DNA from: a virus
Taxonomy: Duplodnaviria > Caudoviricetes
Length of the DNA stretch: 64,000 nucleotides
IMG/VR virus record: IMGVR_UViG_3300042997_000757
Coordinates: 30,927-94,926 of that record
Strand: one strand, 5' to 3'
Within the stretch, counting starts at the first letter, position 1, and the number at the start of each line of letters is the position of its first letter. The notes below the pieces were generated by a model that did not search any database, was not told the DNA's origin, and saw only the letters and a list, made by a program, of their open reading frames with translations. Below are positions 1 through 8,299 of the stretch, one piece after another. The position numbers were made by a program, and so were the translations under genes.

Positions 1-188
1 CCTTCACGCTTTAACCATTCCATCAATATTGGTGTTTTGTGTTTTTCTATCCCAGTTCCGAGAATGCATATGCGTCCTTGGTATTGTGTAAAAAACATGT
101 TCCATAATTTCCGACTTTCTAATACGGGTTGACGAGCGCCGAGTTCATCCCCCGAGTGTGCGAGCACATCGAGAGCAATGACGATCAT
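1..188 (-). CDS. Partial hypothetical protein (3' end outside the window), possibly HAD-like fold
   Basis: Not in the ORF track. ATG at 188 overlaps the stop of the 185..652 gene (ATGA). Frame is open to the window edge: MIVIALDVLAHSGDELGARQPVLESRKLWNMFF...EWLKRE. Confidence 0.65.
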   Translation of the reverse strand, partial: MIVIALDVLAHSGDELGARQPVLESRKLWNMFFTQYQGRICILGTGIEKHKTPILMEWLKRE

Positions 189-652
189 TTGCCGTACATA
201 CCCATTGCGATTCGTTCTTGTTCTGCTACCCACGACCCCACAGGGCAGTACATGCAGAGGTATTGGCGCTTATCAGGTGCTACCCCAATTTTGCGACCGA
301 TTGTTTTACCTTCTGTGCACCAGTCAATGCAACCTTGTTTAGGACGATCATGTTTGCTGTAGCACTTCAGTGCATCAACTTTTAACTCATCACGGAAGTC
401 ACGTATATAGACGTCTTGTTCTTTTAGTTCGTTTTTGAGCGCCGTTTCAATATCAAGTTTTTTAGCGGTCTCAGGATCAGTGCGGTAGATAAGTGCTTTG
501 CAATTATCGGGGTCGGGAACTTGAGCATTATGACGATCACAGAGTTCAATCAACTCTTGGTCATACTCAGGAGGTCCGTCATACGGACGCATTTTGTACA
601 TGACTCCATGAGTCTTGCAAACTAATAAACGATCAAAGCCAGTTTCAGCCAT
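185..652 (-). CDS. Hypothetical Cys/His-containing (possible Zn-binding) protein
   Basis: 155 aa ORF; AGGAG upstream; CKTH, CYSKH, CIDWC and CMYC motifs. Confidence 0.7.
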   Translation of the reverse strand: MAETGFDRLLVCKTHGVMYKMRPYDGPPEYDQELIELCDRHNAQVPDPDNCKALIYRTDPETAKKLDIETALKNELKEQDVYIRDFRDELKVDALKCYSKHDRPKQGCIDWCTEGKTIGRKIGVAPDKRQYLCMYCPVGSWVAEQERIAMGMYGK

Positions 653-696
653 TTGGTACTCCTAGTGTGTTTGTAGGAATACTAGCACTAATTAAA

Positions 697-915
697 TTAG
701 TGAAACATCCCATCGGGTGCATCTGCGAGGGAGGGGCGCTCCATGATGCTGTACATCTCTCCTGTGGGGAAAGGTGCCTTAAGTGACGCCATGCGGTAGG
801 TGGCGTGTGTGGGATCAACGTCTCCACCACGGTCAGGGGTAAGAGACTTGAACATCCCGTCACGGGCGCCAAGCCTTAAATCATTGTTCATTGAGCGTGC
901 GTCATTTACTGCCAT
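697..915 (-). CDS. Hypothetical phage protein
   Basis: 72 aa ORF that fits the minus-strand gene tiling. Confidence 0.65.
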   Translation of the reverse strand: MAVNDARSMNNDLRLGARDGMFKSLTPDRGGDVDPTHATYRMASLKAPFPTGEMYSIMERPSLADAPDGMFH

Positions 916-935
916 ATCAATCTCTATTCTATCAG

Positions 936-1643
936 TTAAGTGAATGGGTCAAAATTATCATCGAGCAACCCCGGCGCTGGAGGCTGGGGGGAATTAGAAG
1001 AGTTTCGTGAAGAGCCTCTACGACGTCCGAGTCTCTCTGTAACAGCCTCTTTAGCACGTCGTGCTCCTCTACCAGCCAAGTCCAAAGTGGCGTCTTTAGC
1101 AAGACCAAGACCTAAACCAGCGAGGCTTCCAGTGCCTTCGTCGTTTTCAACACGCCTTGCACGACGTGCAGTGCGCTCCATGCCTTTTCCTTGTAACCAG
1201 TCAGAGACTTGCTCATCAGGCTTAGTGTTTTCTTCCATACCCCAAATAGGGTCAGTGTTCGCTGTGTGGCTGTAGTCAGGGCTTAAAACATCTGTAGATG
1301 CTTTATAACTACCTTGGGGTAAAGAATCGTTACTCTTAACGTGTTGAAAAGGTTTAGGTTTAGGTTTGTCGTCTGAATCCTCGTCCTCGTCCTCCTTGGG
1401 ACCAAGTTTTTTCATCATTTTGTTTATAGGGTTAAGGATAGAACCCTGTGTGTCTCGTTGCAGAACGGGTGGGCGACCACCAAAATTCTGTTGAACTCCT
1501 GCGTTAGGTGGTTGAAACCTATTTTGTGCAGGAGCCTGCCCACGGAAGATCTGTCCTTGTTTGTAAGGAACACTACTTACACGAGTAAAACTGTTTTGTG
1601 TGTTTGATGACCCTGAAACATCAGAGTTGAAATTGTCAGGCAT
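936..1643 (-). CDS. Hypothetical low-complexity hydrophilic protein
   Basis: 235 aa ORF; TAATG coupling to the upstream gene; Gln/Pro/Arg/Asp-rich. Confidence 0.7.
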   Translation of the reverse strand: MPDNFNSDVSGSSNTQNSFTRVSSVPYKQGQIFRGQAPAQNRFQPPNAGVQQNFGGRPPVLQRDTQGSILNPINKMMKKLGPKEDEDEDSDDKPKPKPFQHVKSNDSLPQGSYKASTDVLSPDYSHTANTDPIWGMEENTKPDEQVSDWLQGKGMERTARRARRVENDEGTGSLAGLGLGLAKDATLDLAGRGARRAKEAVTERLGRRRGSSRNSSNSPQPPAPGLLDDNFDPFT

Positions 1644-1951
1644 TATGCTCCCAAACTTTGCATGGAGTAACGGCTAGAGCCTTCCCAACTATCATCCACA
1701 AAACCATTGCGAAACATCACTGGAGCGCCTGACAACCATGAGCGGTTTGTAGGAAAGTTGCGGTCGATAGTGAGTACATCCATAATGCTCAAACTTTGTT
1801 TAGAAAAACCGTGTCTTGGTGGCATCAATTGCTGTGGTGAAGATGGGCGAATATTCCTAATAGTCTCAGGGTCAGAAATAGCAGACATCAATGCTTGGTC
1901 AACAAGCATCTCTGAATGGTTCTGATTGGGCTTATAGGGATACTGAGGCAC
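1643..1951 (-). CDS. Hypothetical protein
   Basis: 102 aa ORF, coupled to the next gene. Confidence 0.7.
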   Translation of the reverse strand: MPQYPYKPNQNHSEMLVDQALMSAISDPETIRNIRPSSPQQLMPPRHGFSKQSLSIMDVLTIDRNFPTNRSWLSGAPVMFRNGFVDDSWEGSSRYSMQSLGA

Positions 1952-1954
1952 TAT

Positions 1955-2140
1955 TTAATCGTCGTACTTAGATGATGAGTAACCATGGTTTTCAACAATT
2001 TCGGCAGGGTCTTTACCTTGGTATGACTCCTCCATATGTGAATTTTCACTATCTGCCAAACCTGCATTTTGGTTATCCGTCCACCTACTGCGGTGTACTT
2101 TGCGATTGGGATGATGTGCGGTGTTTTCGCCTCTAGCCAT
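1955..2140 (-). CDS. Small protein with N-terminal MARGENTAHHPNRKV tag (61 aa)
   Basis: Start revised to ATG 2140, which overlaps the upstream stop and matches the N-terminus of 2719..3024. Confidence 0.75.
   Translation of the reverse strand: MARGENTAHHPNRKVHRSRWTDNQNAGLADSENSHMEESYQGKDPAEIVENHGYSSSKYDD
2097..2140 (-). repeat. 44-bp direct repeat, copy 1 (encodes the N-terminal tag)
   Basis: 43/44 identical to 2981..3024; the single difference is synonymous (AAT/AAC). Confidence 0.95.
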
Positions 2141-2378
2141 TAGTGAATATCCTCTTAAATCCAGCCCGATCAAGGGCGTTACCGATACCTTCAACAACAT
2201 GACTGCTATCTGCAAGACCACTAGCAGGATCTACTCCAATATTGCCGTGGTAATTTACGGCAGATTGTAATCCTTGTGCCATTGCTTTACCCATATCAGA
2301 GCCAGTGCTGTCTTTTCCTCGCATAGGGATAATAGGGCGACGATTCGGGTGATGGCGAGTGTCTTCTCCACGAGGCAT
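2133..2378 (-). CDS. Small protein with related N-terminal tag MPRGEDTRHHPNRR (81 aa)
   Basis: ORF track; N-terminus similar to the neighbours; also shares GLADS with 1955..2140. Confidence 0.75.
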   Translation of the reverse strand: MPRGEDTRHHPNRRPIIPMRGKDSTGSDMGKAMAQGLQSAVNYHGNIGVDPASGLADSSHVVEGIGNALDRAGFKRIFTNG

Positions 2379-2380
2379 GA

Positions 2381-2710
2381 TTAATAGATCCGTTCTTTAG
2401 AAGAAGGTGTGTGTGGGTTCTTCTTACCTGAAGAGCCTGTTTTTTTATCATTAATCTTTTTAGAGTCAACTGGTTTAGCAATTACTTTTTTAGGCGTTGG
2501 CTTGTGCTTATCTTCTGGTGCCATTGTTTCTTTTGAATAATTCTTATCAGAATTTTTACGAGGAACAGACGGGAACTCATACTTTGAAGTTTTCTCTTTA
2601 GGTTCGTTTTGCTTTTCTTTAGATTCTGTTTTTTTTGAATAATTTTTATCAGAATCTTTACGAGGGGCAGGACTCCACTCATTCTTTGAAGTTTTCTTTT
2701 TATGTTCCAT
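2381..2710 (-). CDS. Lys-rich basic protein with an internal duplication
   Basis: AGGAG SD; KTSKNEWSPAPRKDSDKNYSK and KTSKYEFPSVPRKNSDKNYSK repeat units 34 aa apart. Confidence 0.7.
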   Translation of the reverse strand: MEHKKKTSKNEWSPAPRKDSDKNYSKKTESKEKQNEPKEKTSKYEFPSVPRKNSDKNYSKETMAPEDKHKPTPKKVIAKPVDSKKINDKKTGSSGKKNPHTPSSKERIY

Positions 2711-2718
2711 GACTCTCC

Positions 2719-3024
2719 TTACGAATCTTTCCGTGCAACTTGAATACGCTCCATGGTGGATTCTGCGTATTGACCTTTTGCTTTTTTAGCGGTTTCTTTC
2801 AGGTGCTTAATACGCACCTGCTTACCATAATACGGTGATGAGTCATCATCATGGACAAGTTGATCCAATGGGAATGACTCATGGTCACCTGTAGCCCAGT
2901 CCATACCTACTTGGTACCCTGTGGCATCTTTTGTCAAACTGTGGATATCGGTGTACCCATAGTTGTTACGATCTCGACCAACTTTGCGGTTGGGATGATG
3001 TGCGGTGTTTTCGCCTCTAGCCAT
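2719..3024 (-). CDS. Small protein with N-terminal MARGENTAHHPNRKV tag (101 aa)
   Basis: ORF track; first 15 aa identical to 1955..2140. Confidence 0.8.
   Translation of the reverse strand: MARGENTAHHPNRKVGRDRNNYGYTDIHSLTKDATGYQVGMDWATGDHESFPLDQLVHDDDSSPYYGKQVRIKHLKETAKKAKGQYAESTMERIQVARKDS
2981..3024 (-). repeat. 44-bp direct repeat, copy 2
   Basis: 43/44 identical to 2097..2140. Confidence 0.95.
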
Positions 3025-3041
3025 GATTAATCGCCTTTCAC

Positions 3042-3236
3042 TTAGCCTTGGTAACGACCATAGTCGTAGCCGTCAGTATATTCGGGAACATTAGTGCTTG
3101 GGTACACCAAAGGAAGTTGGTCATCCCGAGCAGACTCTAAGCCACTTTTAAAATGGTCTACACGATTAGGTTTATTGGTCTGTTGAAACATCCGCTTAAA
3201 GTCTTCTTTTGCTTCGGAATAGCGATCTTTATCCAT
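3042..3236 (-). CDS. Hypothetical protein
   Basis: 64 aa ORF preceded by TAAAAT 6 nt upstream of the ATG. Confidence 0.65.
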   Translation of the reverse strand: MDKDRYSEAKEDFKRMFQQTNKPNRVDHFKSGLESARDDQLPLVYPSTNVPEYTDGYDYGRYQG

Positions 3237-3242
3237 ACAAAC

Positions 3243-3248
3243 ATTTTA
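3243..3248 (-). promoter_or_regulatory. Putative -10 element (TAAAAT), leaderless arrangement
   Basis: GGTAAAAT + 6 nt + ATG(3236), no SD. Confidence 0.55.
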
Positions 3249-3252
3249 CCAG

Positions 3253-3750
3253 TTATCGCCAACGTGGAGCGAGAGACTTAAGCATAGAACGACGTTCAGG
3301 GCTGATCTCCTGTGCATCTTCCCAACTAGTTTGAGGGCTAGGGATGCCTCGTGGACCGACTTTGCCATCATTGGTGAGGCGTACAGGTTCGGCTCCTACA
3401 GGGGCAAACTTTTTACCTTTTGCTTGAAGTTCAAGAGCAGTATAAAGATTGAACTCGTCAGGCCAAATGTAGTCTCCTGCGTTGATGCGTTCGCCTTTGT
3501 GCACACCACGGCTGTACTGCCGAGCGTTCATGCGACTTAACGTGCCAAGAACCTTGTCTTGACGCCTGTTAGAAGACATGGTGCCAAGGTAACCATCAGG
3601 GTACTGAGCATCAGGGCTGTTACGGTAGCCCGTAAGCATCTGATCTTTAGCGTTACGGAACACTGGAGAAGGACCGTAGGTTACAGCGCTACCACCTTCT
3701 ACGGCGGTGTTGTTACTCCATTGGTTAAAAGTTTGGGTTTGTTGACTCAT
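3253..3750 (-). CDS. Hypothetical protein
   Basis: ORF track 3253..3759; start revised to ATG 3750 (TAATG coupling). Confidence 0.75.
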   Translation of the reverse strand: MSQQTQTFNQWSNNTAVEGGSAVTYGPSPVFRNAKDQMLTGYRNSPDAQYPDGYLGTMSSNRRQDKVLGTLSRMNARQYSRGVHKGERINAGDYIWPDEFNLYTALELQAKGKKFAPVGAEPVRLTNDGKVGPRGIPSPQTSWEDAQEISPERRSMLKSLAPRWR

Positions 3751-3902
3751 TAGCCCCAAGCACTTCCTGCGTTACCTGAAGGAGACATAAGCCCACCCTG
3801 TCCACCACCTATGTTTGAGATAGGGCGCATTGATTGCTGAACAGCACGCTTGCGTGCATAGCGTTGCTGTGTGCGTGAGCGGTAAGGCTTACGTGTTGTC
3901 AT
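3750..3902 (-). CDS. Small Arg-rich/Gly-rich protein (50 aa)
   Basis: Not in the ORF track; MTTRKPYRSRTQQRYARKRAVQQSMRPISNIGGGQGGLMSPSGNAGSAWG fills the gap exactly and is coupled to the downstream gene. Confidence 0.6.
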   Translation of the reverse strand: MTTRKPYRSRTQQRYARKRAVQQSMRPISNIGGGQGGLMSPSGNAGSAWG

Positions 3903-3905
3903 TAA

Positions 3906-4325
3906 TTAATCAAAAATTGATGGTTGAGGGGCACCGATTCCACCACCTTCAGGCTTAATGCCTTTGCGAGCAGTTTTACGAGCGTTATGACGAGCACCCA
4001 TTTTTGTTTTAAAACCAATGTTGCCAGTTGCAACGGTGCCTTCATCATAGTCAACAATGCTTGGATGATAACCTTTAGAAGATTTAATTGCACCAACCGC
4101 CATATTGCTACCTTGCGGAGCACCTAAACCCCTGTATGGTTTAGTATTTTCATTTTGATGGTTAAAACCTCGTGGGTTTTCGTGCAGTTGCTCCATTTTG
4201 TCACTGCCCCACTCAACAATAGGGACTCCATAAGCCTTAGACCTGTTGCTTCCAAACATGCTTCCACCACGACCATGCTCATGGTGTGATCGATCATCGT
4301 CGTACTGCCCTCTATGCTTAATCAT
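3906..4325 (-). CDS. Hypothetical Gly/His/basic protein
   Basis: 139 aa ORF with GAGG upstream. Confidence 0.7.
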   Translation of the reverse strand: MIKHRGQYDDDRSHHEHGRGGSMFGSNRSKAYGVPIVEWGSDKMEQLHENPRGFNHQNENTKPYRGLGAPQGSNMAVGAIKSSKGYHPSIVDYDEGTVATGNIGFKTKMGARHNARKTARKGIKPEGGGIGAPQPSIFD

Positions 4326-4331
4326 CGTGCC

Positions 4332-4622
4332 TCACTTAAGTATTGGTCGGAAAGAAATAGCGGAAATAGTTTCTCCGTTTTCACCGACAATATCGTCAAA
4401 ACCAATTATAAACGATAAATCGATGCCACGGGGAGCAACAAATCCACGGGAAATTGCTGCCGCTTTAGCGGCTTGGTTTACGGCAGATGCACCAATAGCA
4501 CGCATTTTAGGCAATTGACCTTGGTTAATTGCACGAGCCATGATTGATCCAACTGACTGTGGGTTGCTAGACCCTGACACTTTTAAGACGTCGTCAATTG
4601 TAGTATTTAATTCTTGTGACAT
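4332..4622 (-). CDS. spoVS: SpoVS-family (Alba-like) protein
   Basis: VLKVS..SNP..V...A, RAIGASAVNQAAKAAAISRGFVAP.GIDL...GFD.I......ISAI closely follow the SpoVS consensus. Confidence 0.9.
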   Translation of the reverse strand: MSQELNTTIDDVLKVSGSSNPQSVGSIMARAINQGQLPKMRAIGASAVNQAAKAAAISRGFVAPRGIDLSFIIGFDDIVGENGETISAISFRPILK

Positions 4623-4657
4623 TTAGGAACTCCTTGTAGAAAGATTGTCCCCTTATT

Positions 4658-5023
4658 TTACGAGTAATCGGCTTCCTGTAGTAGGTCAACTAGGTCGCCT
4701 AATCTCATCACAACGTACGTATCATCCAACGCTTTTTCGCCTTTACCAGCACGTTTGACGACTAAAACGGGAAGCGCCCCATTGAGGCGTTCAGCCTGCT
4801 CCACGGTGTCATTCAACCACTGGCTCAATTGAAACTGCTTTTGGTTCTTGCACTGTACGGCTACTTTTCGGAGGGTAGATCGACGAGCAAGACCATTGAT
4901 GTCTCCCGTGTCATTACCCCCCGATAAAGCAGGGCGGTGGGCGTGTATAAAACCTTTAGAAATTAAATAGTCTCTGATGAGTACTTCAAAGGATGTTCCT
5001 TTGGCTTTTGCTTTGTTTCCCAT
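4658..5023 (-). CDS. Holliday junction resolvase, PD-(D/E)XK type
   Basis: KAKGTSFE...DTGDI...VQCKN...WL...PVLVVKR pattern. Confidence 0.8.
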   Translation of the reverse strand: MGNKAKAKGTSFEVLIRDYLISKGFIHAHRPALSGGNDTGDINGLARRSTLRKVAVQCKNQKQFQLSQWLNDTVEQAERLNGALPVLVVKRAGKGEKALDDTYVVMRLGDLVDLLQEADYS

Positions 5024-5171
5024 TTTGCCTACTTTTAAGATGTTTCGTAATCGTAATCATCAAGTATTCTTTGAACCCAATAAATAAGGTCGGTAACAAC
5101 TTTACGTATTCCTTGAAAAGCAAAATAATAAATAGTAAATATGAAAAAACTGTTAAAAGACAACACTATCC

Positions 5172-5333
5172 CTATCTACTTACTTTGTATGTAGCACCCG
5201 TAAAAGAAGTCAACTTATACCTAAGTTCTTCATTTTCTTTTTCTAACTCCTGACAGCGTTGTACCCAAAACTTGATAACACGGCGTTGTTCTTGAATGGT
5301 TTCAGCCATCGACAGGTCTGGCATGTGGCTCAT
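5172..5333 (-). CDS. Small coiled-coil hypothetical protein (53 aa)
   Basis: Not in the ORF track; ATGA coupling; MSHMPDLSMAETIQEQRRVIKFWVQRCQELEKENEELRYKL... Confidence 0.5.
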   Translation of the reverse strand: MSHMPDLSMAETIQEQRRVIKFWVQRCQELEKENEELRYKLTSFTGATYKVSR

Positions 5334-5824
5334 GGGTTGAACCTTGCGTTACGGCGCTCCTGTGGAGCAAGACCAATGCGACGGCTAAGTTCACGGCTTA
5401 ACACTTGAGCGCCACGTTCACAACGTTCAAATACAGATTCAACTAGTTTGCGGTATGCCCGTGATTCCGAGTAGGCATTGCGAGCGTTAATAACTGACGT
5501 ATCAACATCTCGTTTAGCCTTAGCAAGAGTTACGGTGTCACCTTTGGTCTTATCATTCCACTGACCAATGAGAGTCAATGACTCAGTGACACGCATGTCA
5601 TTCTCTGCTCGTTCTTCTGCAATCTCCGCCTGTACGTACTCCGCTTTAGCGTAAGACACCCACGCCATAAACTCGTTATAGAGCGCCATCAATCTGCTGT
5701 CGGACAATTCGTCGAGAAGGGCGGGGATCGTTGGAATCTCCATCGGGGGTCGTGATGGTAGGTCGAACTTCTGCTTGAAATTTGTCATCACCTGATCCGT
5801 CGGACGACTTTGTACTACTCTCAT
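5330..5824 (-). CDS. Helical hypothetical protein, possibly a UvsY-like recombination mediator
   Basis: 164 aa helical/coiled-coil ORF in the RecA cluster; function inferred from context and general resemblance. Confidence 0.55.
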   Translation of the reverse strand: MRVVQSRPTDQVMTNFKQKFDLPSRPPMEIPTIPALLDELSDSRLMALYNEFMAWVSYAKAEYVQAEIAEERAENDMRVTESLTLIGQWNDKTKGDTVTLAKAKRDVDTSVINARNAYSESRAYRKLVESVFERCERGAQVLSRELSRRIGLAPQERRNARFNP

Positions 5825-6587
5825 TCCAACACTCCGTTTTAAAGGGACATGCCTTGCATATCCGATGCTCTTGTGACAACCACACTGGGCGGTTGGGGGG
5901 GACTTGTTCTTCTAATGCCCTTACCACGCTGTGGCATGAAGCAAGTATAGAGTCGACAATATCAGGTTGAAACTTAACCACAAATTCTTTTACATCTTGT
6001 GTGGGTTTCCACTCATACAAAATCAATGCGTCTTCAATTTTTAGGCATGACATGTACAACTGCACTTGCCGAACGTGTGAATCAAATGGAAACTTAACCC
6101 GATTCCATAGTTCATCAATTGTAATTTCTTTTTTAGCGTAGGGAGCAAAGAGTCCGTAATCTTCCATGCGGATAGTACCCACACCAACGCTCTTGATTTC
6201 TACTACTGCTTTGCCGTGCTTGTCTTCAATGATGGCATCTGCATGACCAATGATGCGGTGCATCTCATCTAGTACAGGTACTTCATCTTGAACAAGAATT
6301 CCGGCGTCTTTAAACCACTTCTGCCATTTACGATGAATGGAGTGACCCTCTTCAAAAATGTTCATGCGCTGTAATGACAGGCGCTCAGGTGGCGTTGGTA
6401 GCCCTGAGATTTTGTAATAAGACGAACGTGGGCACCAATCACGTTTACATATCTCAGATGGGTGCAGGTGTGCTTTATCTCGTTCTGCGTTTTTAGTTTG
6501 GTAGTCGCCTATCAAAAACTTTTCAACAGGGGCAAGCAGTCGAAATGGGCTGTTTAAAAGCCTCTTCATATCTTCAGAATTAATCAT
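5676..6587 (-). CDS. Cas4-like PD-(D/E)XK exonuclease with Fe-S cysteines
   Basis: HPSEI..WCPR, EGHSIH, GHADA, VEIKS, QVQLYM and C-terminal CKACPFKTEC. Confidence 0.85.
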   Translation of the reverse strand: MINSEDMKRLLNSPFRLLAPVEKFLIGDYQTKNAERDKAHLHPSEICKRDWCPRSSYYKISGLPTPPERLSLQRMNIFEEGHSIHRKWQKWFKDAGILVQDEVPVLDEMHRIIGHADAIIEDKHGKAVVEIKSVGVGTIRMEDYGLFAPYAKKEITIDELWNRVKFPFDSHVRQVQLYMSCLKIEDALILYEWKPTQDVKEFVVKFQPDIVDSILASCHSVVRALEEQVPPNRPVWLSQEHRICKACPFKTECWNESSTKSSDGSGDDKFQAEVRPTITTPDGDSNDPRPSRRIVRQQIDGAL

Positions 6588-6960
6588 CTAATGTCTTTTC
6601 GTATAAAGCCAGTGCTTCGTCCCATTGTTCATTTGTGGTATCAATATTAGTCATTGCTTCATAAAGAGTATGAGCAACTTTGAGCCATTTAGATTTTCTA
6701 ATTTTGTCTTTACGTTCTGATGCTAAAAATTTAGACTTGTATTTAATATGGAAATACGGAAGGCACCCATCTTCTGCTCTAATCAACAAAGAAAAAACAT
6801 CCCCACGTTCATGCAATTTAGATAAAGAACCACTAATAGTTCCATGATCTTTTTTTATACCTATAGTAAGTAAATCTTCTTCTAGTTGTCTCCATGTGCG
6901 CCCTTTTTCTGCATCAATCAAAAAAGACTCTAAAATAATGTCTTCTAAACTATTCATCAT
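6580..6960 (-). CDS. Hypothetical protein, possible winged HTH
   Basis: TWRQLEE...HGTISGSLSKLHERGDV; noticeably AT-rich. Confidence 0.6.
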   Translation of the reverse strand: MMNSLEDIILESFLIDAEKGRTWRQLEEDLLTIGIKKDHGTISGSLSKLHERGDVFSLLIRAEDGCLPYFHIKYKSKFLASERKDKIRKSKWLKVAHTLYEAMTNIDTTNEQWDEALALYEKTLDD

Positions 6961-7283
6961 TCACCAATAATTTCTAAAAAATCCGACTCAACAAGTACCA
7001 CGTAATTACGACCAGCGAGGTCAAATTGCAACACAGGTATACGGTCTTCCAAGATTGCACGTTCTCTCAATTCCACTAAATCTACATTCTTTAAAGTAAT
7101 ACTCTTTGTTGCGACCGTTAACTTGTTTTCAATAAGAAAAGTTTCTGACCGAACGTCGTTCTTGCGAAGCCACCCTGAACCTGAGCCAGCGTTACGGCTA
7201 CCTCTGTAGGATTTTGCTGAACGCTTCTCTTGTTTAACAGATTTCTTTAATATGTCTCTGCGGTCGTCCGCACCAAACGTCAT
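6957..7283 (-). CDS. Small PD-(D/E)XK nuclease / resolvase-like protein
   Basis: GSGSGW..KNDV....LIENK...PVLQF pattern. Confidence 0.7.
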   Translation of the reverse strand: MTFGADDRRDILKKSVKQEKRSAKSYRGSRNAGSGSGWLRKNDVRSETFLIENKLTVATKSITLKNVDLVELRERAILEDRIPVLQFDLAGRNYVVLVESDFLEIIGE

Positions 7284-8299
7284 GCTTCAATACCGTAACG
7301 CTCAAACACTGCGGTACGCATCTTGCTCTGAAGTTCTAGGTCTTCTCTAACAGCATCAAGCACCTTGTCCTTGCCCTGCCACTTTTGATCCCCGTAAGAA
7401 TAGAAAGCGCCAGCACGAGTAACTAGGTCAGAGGCTATTGCAATGTTCACAATGTCTTTCACTGTGTCAAATGAGCCAAAACTAAAACCATGAGCATCAG
7501 TGAAGTAGAAGTCAACAACTGCTGTTTGTTGTGGTCGATGTGTTTTGTTCTTGATGGTGCGTCCCTTAATAGACTGACCAACAGTTTCATCCTTCTCTTT
7601 GATCCACTCATCACGTTTTACTTCAACACGACAGAAGTAATGGAAGTTCTTTGCTTTACCGCCGGGAGTTGTGCGGTTGTCTCCCCACATCACACCAATC
7701 TTTTCACGCCACTGGTTAATGATAAGACCAGTACACCCACGGTCTTCGTCAATCAATGAACGTTTCTGTGACTTAGAAGACTTACGGAAAAACTTTCCAG
7801 TAAGACGAGCGCCAAGACCAACAGTGAACTCTTGCATCATCTTCTCTGCTTCGTCGTCGGGGACAAGAGCAGGCAATGAGTCAATGACAATCATGTCTAC
7901 TGCACGGTTGTCTAGGGCACGGATAGCAAGGTCGTACACTTCTTCCATGATGTTGTTCTCAACAATCCAAAGACGGTCAAGGTCAACACCAATGGCTTTT
8001 GCGTAGTCGGGAACAAAATCTTCAGCAGCAATCCATAGTGCGCAAAACTCAGGGTCAAGTGCTTGATTAGCCGCAATAGTTTTATATGCCATTGCAGTTT
8101 TTCCTGAAGACTCTTCACCAATGATCTCACTCCATTGGTTGACAGGCCACCCTCCACCAAGCATGAGGTCAAAAGCGAGAACACCTGTAGTGATGCGTGG
8201 CATCATCTCTTTAACATCAGAACCTTTTACAAGAGTTCCGTCACCGTGCTTTTTGTTGATAGATGAAATAATTGATTGAAGTGATTCATAGTTGGACAT
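7280..8299 (-). CDS. recA: RecA recombinase
   Basis: TTGVLAFDLMLGGG.P, Walker A GEESSGKT, VIDSLPALVP, INQWREKIGV, TPGGKA. Confidence 0.95.
   Translation of the reverse strand: MSNYESLQSIISSINKKHGDGTLVKGSDVKEMMPRITTGVLAFDLMLGGGWPVNQWSEIIGEESSGKTAMAYKTIAANQALDPEFCALWIAAEDFVPDYAKAIGVDLDRLWIVENNIMEEVYDLAIRALDNRAVDMIVIDSLPALVPDDEAEKMMQEFTVGLGARLTGKFFRKSSKSQKRSLIDEDRGCTGLIINQWREKIGVMWGDNRTTPGGKAKNFHYFCRVEVKRDEWIKEKDETVGQSIKGRTIKNKTHRPQQTAVVDFYFTDAHGFSFGSFDTVKDIVNIAIASDLVTRAGAFYSYGDQKWQGKDKVLDAVREDLELQSKMRTAVFERYGIEA

Noticed and set aside
2097-3024. 44-bp repeats as CRISPR repeats or att sites
   Set aside because: Only two copies, both starting exactly at start codons, with a synonymous difference; best explained as coding.
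5035-5166. Possible 43-aa hydrophobic ORF (GTG start, minus strand)
   Set aside because: Fills a gap but is short and AT-rich with no recognisable motif; insufficient support.
5676-5824. 149-nt same-strand overlap as a functional dual-coding region
   Set aside because: The nuclease domain ends at the last Cys next to the downstream ATG; the tail looks like run-on to the next stop.
5676-6587. Cas4-like gene as evidence of CRISPR-Cas
   Set aside because: No other cas genes or repeat-spacer array seen; solo Cas4-like nucleases are common in phage recombination modules.
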